Assembly (NCBI GenBank): GCA_000091165.1
Contig: FP565575.1
Location: 1,260,001 to 1,292,000, forward strand
DNA: 32,000 nt
Direction of reading: 5' to 3'
Origin: Candidatus Methylomirabilis oxygeniifera
GTDB lineage: Bacteria; Methylomirabilota; Methylomirabilia; Methylomirabilales; Methylomirabilaceae
Part shown: positions 25,949-32,000 of the stretch, piece after piece
Numbering within the stretch: position 1 is the stretch's first letter
Layout: each line of letters opens with the position of its first letter
Made by a program: the position numbers and the translations under genes
The notes under the pieces: generated by a model
What the model was told of the DNA's origin: nothing
Databases searched by the model: none
The model's input: only the letters and a program-made list of their open reading frames with translations

Positions 25949-26647
25949 ATGTTTGTTCTGATCGCGGGTGGAGGCCGAACCGCAACGCACCTGGCCGCTC
26001 TCCTGCTGACTCGCCAGCACGAGGTTCGAGTACTCGAGCACCGACGCGACGTACTGGCGCGCCTACACCACGAACTGCCTACCGAGGTGATCTACGAAGG
26101 CAACCCTATCGATCCGGTGGCATTGGAACAGGCCGGTATCCGTCAGGCGAAGGTGTTGGCTGCGTGTACCTCTGTCGATGAAGACAATCTCGCGCTCTGT
26201 TTCTTTGCCCGCACCCGCTACAACGTGCCCCGTATTATCGCCTGGGTCAATAATCCCCGCGCCGCCTGGCTCTTCGACGAGAAGTTCCATGTAGACGTGG
26301 CCCTCAATCAGGCGCAGATCTTCAGCAGCCTGATCGAAGAAGAGATGTCGCTCGGCGATATGATGACACTGCTGAAGCTGCGGAGAGGCCGCTACTCCCT
26401 GGTGGAGGAGAAGATCCCCACGGGAGCGCGCGCCCTTGGCGTTGCCATCAAGGACCTGTGCCTGCCGCCGGATTCGGTGATCGCCACCATTATCCGGCAC
26501 GGACAGATCCTCATTCCGCGCGGCGATACCCAATTTGAAGTCGGGGATGAGGTGCTCGCGATTGCAGATCGTGAAGCCGCCGAAGAGCTCGCGAAACTGT
26601 TCGGCCGACCGGACCTACCTACGCCAAACGACGCTCGGCAGACGTAA
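25949..26647 (+). CDS. TrkA/RCK-N family NAD-binding potassium-transport regulator (second copy)
   Basis: MFVLIAGGGRTATHLAALLLTRQHEVRVLEH; VLAACTSVDEDNLALCFFAR. Confidence 0.92.
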   Translation: MFVLIAGGGRTATHLAALLLTRQHEVRVLEHRRDVLARLHHELPTEVIYEGNPIDPVALEQAGIRQAKVLAACTSVDEDNLALCFFARTRYNVPRIIAWVNNPRAAWLFDEKFHVDVALNQAQIFSSLIEEEMSLGDMMTLLKLRRGRYSLVEEKIPTGARALGVAIKDLCLPPDSVIATIIRHGQILIPRGDTQFEVGDEVLAIADREAAEELAKLFGRPDLPTPNDARQT

Positions 26648-26658
26648 CAACACGTCTC

Positions 26659-26778
26659 ATTATTGAATCTATTGTGGGCTCATTCTCCGCGGCTTGCCGC
26701 GAGTGCGTCATACCGGCGAAAGCCGGTATCCAGAGGACCGGACTGGATTCCGTGTCACGCACGGAATGACGGGCCAGG
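26659..26778 (+). repeat. Dispersed intergenic palindromic repeat, copy B
   Basis: tattgaatctattgtgggctcattctccgcggcttgccgcgagtgcgtcataccggcgaaagccggtatccagaggaccggactggattccgtgtcacgcacggaatgacgg. Confidence 0.85.
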
Positions 26779-26795
26779 ACCGAAGACGTACTACG

Positions 26796-27572
26796 CTAAC
26801 AGCCGACTTGCTCAAGGAAGGTCTCAATACTTCGACCCACCTCGTCGGGCTGTTCCAGCATGACCATGTGACCGGCTGCGGGAACCAGCACAAGCTGTGA
26901 TCCGTTGATTCGGCGATGCAGATACTCGGCGTACGTCGGCGGCGTCATCAGATCGTCGGTCCCGCAGATCACCAGGGTCGGAAGGGTGATCGTCTTGATC
27001 CGCTCCATCAGATCAAAGGTATCGCACGCTCGCAGGTCTCCTTCGATCACTGAGGGCGAGGTGCGCAGCATCGCATCGGCATCCTGTCTCAGCAGCTCGG
27101 CCGGGGCGCCCGGCGCGCGCGCCCATCGGCTCATCAGCTCGACTGTTTGCCTTGCGTCATTGTGAAGGCCGGCGAAGATCTGCGGCTGCACGCGCAGCCT
27201 TGCCCCGGTCCCTACCAGCACCATCGCCGTAAGCAGTTCCGAGTGGACCAGCGCAAGACTTTGGATAATCGCCCCGCCCATCGAGTGACCCACCATGACG
27301 ATCCGGTCCAGACCGACGGCCGTCAGAAACTCGTTCACAAGATCGCGGTAGGTCTCGATCCGATCGGCGCCGCTCCCATCGGAATGGCCATGCCCGGGGA
27401 GGTCTATGGCGATAGCCTTCCGCTGACGTCCCAACCTCCGAAGTTGCTGGAGCCACATCTGATGGCTCCCGCCTGCCCCGTGGATGAACACGACCGGCGA
27501 CAGATGACTCGCCGGTATCGGCACGAGTTCAACGAAATGAATTCGCGTCTGTCCGACCTGCACGTACGGCAC
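26796..27572 (-). CDS. Alpha/beta hydrolase
   Basis: VVFIHGAGGSHQMW; IDLPGHGHSDG; IVMVGHSMGGAIIQSLAL; GTDDLMTPP; AAGHMVMLEQP. Confidence 0.93.
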   Translation of the reverse strand: MPYVQVGQTRIHFVELVPIPASHLSPVVFIHGAGGSHQMWLQQLRRLGRQRKAIAIDLPGHGHSDGSGADRIETYRDLVNEFLTAVGLDRIVMVGHSMGGAIIQSLALVHSELLTAMVLVGTGARLRVQPQIFAGLHNDARQTVELMSRWARAPGAPAELLRQDADAMLRTSPSVIEGDLRACDTFDLMERIKTITLPTLVICGTDDLMTPPTYAEYLHRRINGSQLVLVPAAGHMVMLEQPDEVGRSIETFLEQVGC

Positions 27573-27581
27573 ACTGTGCCT

Positions 27582-28580
27582 CTACGCCTCTTCAGATTTC
27601 AACGTCCTGCCCAGGAGATTCGCTACCGCCTCCTGCGGCGATCGTTGCTCAAAGAGGACCGCATAGGTTTCCTGGCAGATCGGCATATCGACGGAGACGC
27701 GATGGGCAAGCTCAACGGCACCTTTCGAGGCGTTGACCCCTTCCTTCACCGTCGGGCTGCGTTGCAGCAGCTCGGAAAGCGCCGCGCCTCTGCCGAGCGC
27801 CAATCCGAGTTGCCGATTGCGCGAGAGGTCCCCGGTACACGTCAGTACGAGGTCTCCAAGTCCAGCAAGTCCCGCAAATGTCTCAGCGCGCGCCCCCATG
27901 GCTACACCAAGCCGGGTCATTTCGTGTAGCCCCCGTGTAATGAGAGCCGCCAGCGCATTATGCCCGAGTCCAAGGCCGTCCACTATCCCGGCTGCGATAG
28001 CAATCACGTTCTTGACCGCCCCGCCCAACTCTACGCCTAACGGGTCGCTTCCAGCATAGACGCGAAAGCCTGTCGTGCTGAGCAAGCCCTGAACCCGTGT
28101 TGCTACGGCAGGCTCAGATGACGCCGCAACCGCCGCCGCCGGCAGTCCTCTGCTGACCTCCTTCGCGAAGGTGGGACCTGAGAGGACAGCCAGCGTCCGC
28201 CTCGCTGGATCAATCTCATGTAATACCTGCAACATAGTCAGGCAACTATTTGGTTCTAAGCCTTTCGTCGCGACGATGATAGGCGTAGATTCTTGGATGC
28301 GGGAAAGCAGCTCTTCGCACATGGAACGAAGAACATGGGAAGGGGTCACCAGCACAATCGCCGAGCAGCCTTGGGCGACCTCAATGAGAGAATTGGTAAT
28401 CTCAAGCGTCTCGGGTAGTTCAACCCCAGGCAGATAGAGACCGTTCTCGCGCTCCTTCGCCATCGTTATGACGAGTTCGCGTTCCCACGCCCACAGAGTG
28501 ACCGAGTGTCCTTTCTCGGCCAACAGTTTCGCGAGTGTGGTACCCCAGGCCCCCGCTCCGACGACGCCGATCCGTTCCAT
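27582..28580 (-). CDS. gpsA: Glycerol-3-phosphate dehydrogenase [NAD(P)+]
   Basis: MERIGVVGAGAWGTTLAKLLAEKGHSVTLWAWE; GVELGGAVKNVIAIAAGIVDGLGLGHNALAALITRGLHEMTRLGVAMGA. Confidence 0.97.
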   Translation of the reverse strand: MERIGVVGAGAWGTTLAKLLAEKGHSVTLWAWERELVITMAKERENGLYLPGVELPETLEITNSLIEVAQGCSAIVLVTPSHVLRSMCEELLSRIQESTPIIVATKGLEPNSCLTMLQVLHEIDPARRTLAVLSGPTFAKEVSRGLPAAAVAASSEPAVATRVQGLLSTTGFRVYAGSDPLGVELGGAVKNVIAIAAGIVDGLGLGHNALAALITRGLHEMTRLGVAMGARAETFAGLAGLGDLVLTCTGDLSRNRQLGLALGRGAALSELLQRSPTVKEGVNASKGAVELAHRVSVDMPICQETYAVLFEQRSPQEAVANLLGRTLKSEEA

Positions 28581-28593
28581 CACCCGGCTCCGA

Positions 28594-29382
28594 TCAGGGT
28601 CGAGGGCGTCTGGCAGCAGCACGCAACCAGACGAGTCCGACCAGTGAAACAGCAATCAGGGCGAGGCTCATCACCTGCGCCGCGCGTAAGGGCCCCAACA
28701 TCAGACTGTCGATCCGAAGCCCCTCAACGAAGAACCGGCCGACAGAGTACAGCCCAACGTAACAGAGCAGCAACGCGCCGGGGATTCGCTGCAATCGACG
28801 GCGAAGCAGGAAGTACAGGAGCGAGAAGACCAGGAGGTTCCAGAGCGATTCGTACAGAAACGTCGGGTGAAAATACTCAAAGGTCGCCAGATCGGGCGGT
28901 CGGTGGTACGGCTCAATGTAGAGCTTCCACGGCAGATCGGTCGGGGTTCCGAAGGCCTCCTGATTGAAAAAGTTGCCCCACCGGCCGATCGCCTGTCCGA
29001 GCGGAGCGGAAGGGGCCATGATGTCCAGGTAGGTCAGCACGGGCAACTTCTTGCGAACGGAATAGATGACCGCAGTCAATCCGCCGGCCAACAGGCCACC
29101 GTGGATCGCGAGCCCTCCCTCCCATACCGCCAGGATCTTCAGCGGCCTGGAGCCGTAGTAGCCCCAGTTGAACAGGACGTAGTACAGCCGCGCACCTATC
29201 AAGCCCGCCATCACGCCGTACACGATGACGTTCAGAAGCTGATCCGGATCCTCCCCACGACGGATCGCCTCGCGCTGCGCCAGCCAGGTCCCCAGCAAGA
29301 CACCGGTGGCGAAAAGCAGGCCGTACCAACGAATGGAGAGCGGGCCGATCTGTAAGACAAAGGGACCGGGCGATGCGAACAT
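28594..29382 (-). CDS. lgt: Prolipoprotein diacylglyceryl transferase
   Basis: IRWYGLLFATGVLLGTWLA; GLIGARLYYVLFNW; GGLAIHGGLLAG; GQAIGRWGNFFNQEAFG. Confidence 0.97.
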   Translation of the reverse strand: MFASPGPFVLQIGPLSIRWYGLLFATGVLLGTWLAQREAIRRGEDPDQLLNVIVYGVMAGLIGARLYYVLFNWGYYGSRPLKILAVWEGGLAIHGGLLAGGLTAVIYSVRKKLPVLTYLDIMAPSAPLGQAIGRWGNFFNQEAFGTPTDLPWKLYIEPYHRPPDLATFEYFHPTFLYESLWNLLVFSLLYFLLRRRLQRIPGALLLCYVGLYSVGRFFVEGLRIDSLMLGPLRAAQVMSLALIAVSLVGLVWLRAAARRPRP

Positions 29383-29490
29383 ATGGACCTCAGCAGGGTC
29401 GGTGTCTCATTTCTCGACAAGTGACGTTCCGGCCCACTCTAGCCAAAAATCGAGTGAAGTCAAGGCAAATCTGGTCAACCACGAATAGAG

Positions 29491-29612
29491 ATTAGGCCGC
29501 TTGCCGTTGAAGAATGGTAGCGAGATACACAGCATATAGCATCAGCAGCAGAACACCCCACCTCCGTTCAATGAAGCCGGTATGCGTAGGGTATGTGAAC
29601 ACCAAGGCCACG
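29491..29612 (-). repeat. 122-nt direct repeat copy 1: detached 3' end of a CaCA antiporter gene
   Basis: Encodes VFTYPTHTGFIERRWGVLLLMLYAVYLATILQRQAA*; 105/122 identical by hand count to 31364-31485. Confidence 0.9.
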
Positions 29613-29656
29613 TAATATCGTTCGCTGTTACGGACTCAAAACGCCTGCGGGCGAGC

Positions 29657-31177
29657 CTAGAAAAATCCCAATGGATTAATATCGTAACTGACCAGCAGAT
29701 TTTTGGTTTGCTGATAATGATCCAGCATCATTTTATGGGTTTCACGACCGACACCTGATTTTTTGTAGCCGCCAAACGCAGCGTGGGCGGGATAATGATG
29801 GTAGCAGTTTGTCCAGACACGTCCGGCCTGGATACCACGCCCCATACGATAGGCGCGGTTCATGTCGCGTGTCCAAACCCCGGCCCCTAAACCAAATTCG
29901 GTGTCATTGGCGATAGCCAAGGCGTCTGCCTCATCTTTGAAAGTAGTGACGGCAATAACCGGCCCAAAAATCTCCTCCTGAAAAATCCGCATGTCATTGC
30001 TGCCTTTCATGATCGTTGGCTCAATATAATAGCCGCCAGACAAACCACCGCCTATGGCAGCAATGTCACCACCTACTAACACTTCGGCGCCTTCATTTCT
30101 GCCGATTTCGATATAACGTAAAATTTTATCGAATTGCTGTTTGGAGGCTTGTGCGCCGACCATCGTTTCGGTATCCAAAGGATTGCCGCGTGTTATTTGT
30201 TTGGCACGCGCTATCACCTTGGCGATAAACGCATCATAGATCGATTCTTGAATGAGCAAGCGTGAGGGGCAGGTACACACTTCGCCTTGATTGAAAAAGG
30301 CCAATACCGCACCTTCCACGCATTTGCTGACAAACGCATCTTCTTGATCTAAGACATCCTCGAAATAGAGATTGGGCGATTTACCGCCCAGTTCAACCGT
30401 GGAAGGAATAATGTTTTCCGCCGCGCATTTCAGGATATGCGAGCCTACAGGCGTGGAACCGGTGAACGCTATTTTTGCAATCCGCTTGCTGGTGGCCAAT
30501 GCCTGCCCCGCTTCCGCGCCATAGCCGTTCACGATATTGACAACGCCCGGCGGTAATAAGTCGCCGATTAATTCCATCATGACCAAAATTGATGCAGGGG
30601 TTTGTTCGGCGGGCTTCATCACCACACAGTTACCCGCCGCCAGGGCAGGGGCGAGTTTCCAGCACGCCATCAATAACGGAAAATTCCAGGGAATGATCTG
30701 CCCAACGACACCGAGCGGCTCGTGAAAATGATACGCCACCGTGTGTTCGTCAATTTCGCCAATGGAGCCTTCCTGGGCACGAATACAGCCGGCGAAATAG
30801 CGAAAGTGGTCTACTGCCAACGGTACGTCCGCCGCCAATGTTTCACGGATGGGCTTACCGTTGTCCCACGTTTCGGCAATCGCTAATGTTTCAAGATTCG
30901 CTTCGATATGGTCAGCAATTTTTAACAGGATATTTGATCTAGCGGTGACTGAAGTTTTACCCCACGCGTCTTTAGCGGCATGCGCCGCATCCAATGCCAT
31001 ATCTATGTCTTCCGCCGAAGAACGAGGTATTTCACAGAATTTCTCCCCGGTTACAGGGCTTAGGTTATCAAAGTACTGGCCTGTAACGGGAGCGACCCAG
31101 TTGCCGCCGATAAAATTACCATAACGTGGTTTGAAGTGGATTTTGCTATCCGGTTGGTTTGGGGCGATATAACGCAT
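29657..31177 (-). CDS. NAD-dependent aldehyde dehydrogenase (acetaldehyde/ExaC/AldB-like)
   Basis: 506 aa; [32 protein letters not shown]; [15 protein letters not shown]; [15 protein letters not shown] catalytic Cys. Confidence 0.95.
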   Translation of the reverse strand: MRYIAPNQPDSKIHFKPRYGNFIGGNWVAPVTGQYFDNLSPVTGEKFCEIPRSSAEDIDMALDAAHAAKDAWGKTSVTARSNILLKIADHIEANLETLAIAETWDNGKPIRETLAADVPLAVDHFRYFAGCIRAQEGSIGEIDEHTVAYHFHEPLGVVGQIIPWNFPLLMACWKLAPALAAGNCVVMKPAEQTPASILVMMELIGDLLPPGVVNIVNGYGAEAGQALATSKRIAKIAFTGSTPVGSHILKCAAENIIPSTVELGGKSPNLYFEDVLDQEDAFVSKCVEGAVLAFFNQGEVCTCPSRLLIQESIYDAFIAKVIARAKQITRGNPLDTETMVGAQASKQQFDKILRYIEIGRNEGAEVLVGGDIAAIGGGLSGGYYIEPTIMKGSNDMRIFQEEIFGPVIAVTTFKDEADALAIANDTEFGLGAGVWTRDMNRAYRMGRGIQAGRVWTNCYHHYPAHAAFGGYKKSGVGRETHKMMLDHYQQTKNLLVSYDINPLGFF

Positions 31178-31287
31178 TGTTTCTCCTCGATAGATTAGGT
31201 GGAAGCAGCCTGATTATTCTATCACCACGTTCTTGATCGAAAAGTATGAAGATGCCATTGCGATGTATTTTAGGGGTGAATTATAAA

Positions 31288-31370
31288 GCCTATCGTGTGA
31301 GAGCTAACCGGCGTAAAAAAGTTGAGCGAAACGCCGCTTTGGCTCGTCCGTGTTGAGCCAATTGTTAGGC
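31288..31370 (-). other. attC-like element after the CaCA antiporter gene (candidate attC-D)
   Basis: Minus strand GCCTAACAATTGGCTCAACACGGACGAGCC...ACGCCGGTTAGCTCTCACACGATAGGC: R'' GCCTAAC contains the antiporter stop; R'-like GATAGGC; L''-like GCTCAACACGG vs L'-like CCGGTTAGCTC. Confidence 0.6.
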
Positions 31371-31485
31371 CGCTTGCCGCTGAAGAATAGTAGCGAGGTA
31401 GGCAGCATATAGCACCAGCAGCAATATACCCCGTCTTCGTTCAATGAAGCCTGTGCGCGTAGGGTAAGTGAACACCAAGGCCACG
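31364..31485 (-). repeat. 122-nt direct repeat copy 2 (intact antiporter 3' end)
   Basis: See 29491-29612. Confidence 0.9.
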
Positions 31486-32000
31486 AGACCAAATACCAAT
31501 GCAATAGTTACCTCACGCCACGCAACAGTAATGGGATGGATAGTCGCCGCGACTGCGACAATAAAAATGCCATTGAAGATATTGCTGCCAAGAATTGTTC
31601 CCAGGCCAACCTCGTCGTGTCCGCGAAGCTTGGCAATGACTGTTGTCGCAAGTTCTGGCACGGACGTACCCACCGCGACAACAGTTGCCCCAATAATGAA
31701 TTCATCGATACCAAAGGCAATGGCGATGCCTTTTGCTCCCGCCACAATGAGATTTCCGGCAGCAATAAGAAAGGCAAGGCCGACGACACACGAAAGAACA
31801 ACCAGCCACCCTCGATGTTCCCCAAGAACCTTCTCTGCGGCACTCCGTTGTTTTCGAGCCTCGATAATCGCCGCCACAAGCCAAGCGAGAAACATACTCA
31901 ACATCAGTAAACCGTCGATTCTCGAAAGCTCGCCATCCAGAAACAGAACACCCGTGATAATGGGGATCAACAACGCCACAGGAAAATCCCTCTTTACGCT
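31365..32000 (-). CDS. CaCA-family Na+/Ca2+ antiporter (YrbG-like), N-terminal part beyond the window
   Basis: GNLIVAGAKGIAIAFGIDEFIIGATVVAVGTSVPELATTVIAKLRGHDEVGLGTILGSNIFN alpha-repeat; frame stays open to 32000. Confidence 0.93.
   Translation of the reverse strand, partial: SVKRDFPVALLIPIITGVLFLDGELSRIDGLLMLSMFLAWLVAAIIEARKQRSAAEKVLGEHRGWLVVLSCVVGLAFLIAAGNLIVAGAKGIAIAFGIDEFIIGATVVAVGTSVPELATTVIAKLRGHDEVGLGTILGSNIFNGIFIVAVAATIHPITVAWREVTIALVFGLVALVFTYPTRTGFIERRRGILLLVLYAAYLATILQRQAA

Noticed and set aside
1-32000. CRISPR array, rRNA and tRNA genes
   Set aside because: No regularly spaced repeats with unique spacers were seen, and no rRNA or tRNA sequence was recognised by eye; tRNAscan-SE would be needed to exclude tRNAs formally.

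Overview
The window is mostly an ordinary bacterial chromosomal segment: mgtE, hppA, purF, an AlaC-like aminotransferase, argS, rhodanese, alpha/beta hydrolases, hpnD, a DUF3105 protein, a PPSR-type regulator, a GNAT acetyltransferase, rtcA, a thioesterase, a KimA-like APC transporter with two TrkA/RCK proteins, gpsA, lgt, an aldehyde dehydrogenase and a partial CaCA antiporter. The left 6 kb is an accessory region, and I read it as a decayed integron-like cassette array. Five signals support this. (1) A remnant with the C-terminal signature of an integron-type tyrosine recombinase ([53 protein letters not shown]) lies on the minus strand at 942-1109. (2) A ~210 bp segment (integrase tail plus downstream spacer) is duplicated at 781-990 and 5726-5936. 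Homology between the copies ends at a GTTAGGC / GTTCGAC core, as expected for attI. (3) attC-like elements on the minus strand follow several genes, often with the stop codon inside the R'' box (GCC-TAA-C). (4) The cargo is small single genes or toxin-antitoxin pairs, all on one strand. (5) The integrase remnant points the same way as the cassettes, the less common 'reverse' layout. Within the array, three TA modules (HigBA, MntA/HepT, BrnT plus partner) each have a visibly damaged toxin gene and an intact antitoxin or partner ORF. A further attC-like element with the same stop-in-R'' feature follows the CaCA antiporter at the right end. The last 122 nt of that antiporter gene are duplicated (~86% by hand count) on the other side of the aldehyde dehydrogenase. 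No rRNA, tRNA or CRISPR was recognised. All homology calls are from reading the sequence; no database search was run.
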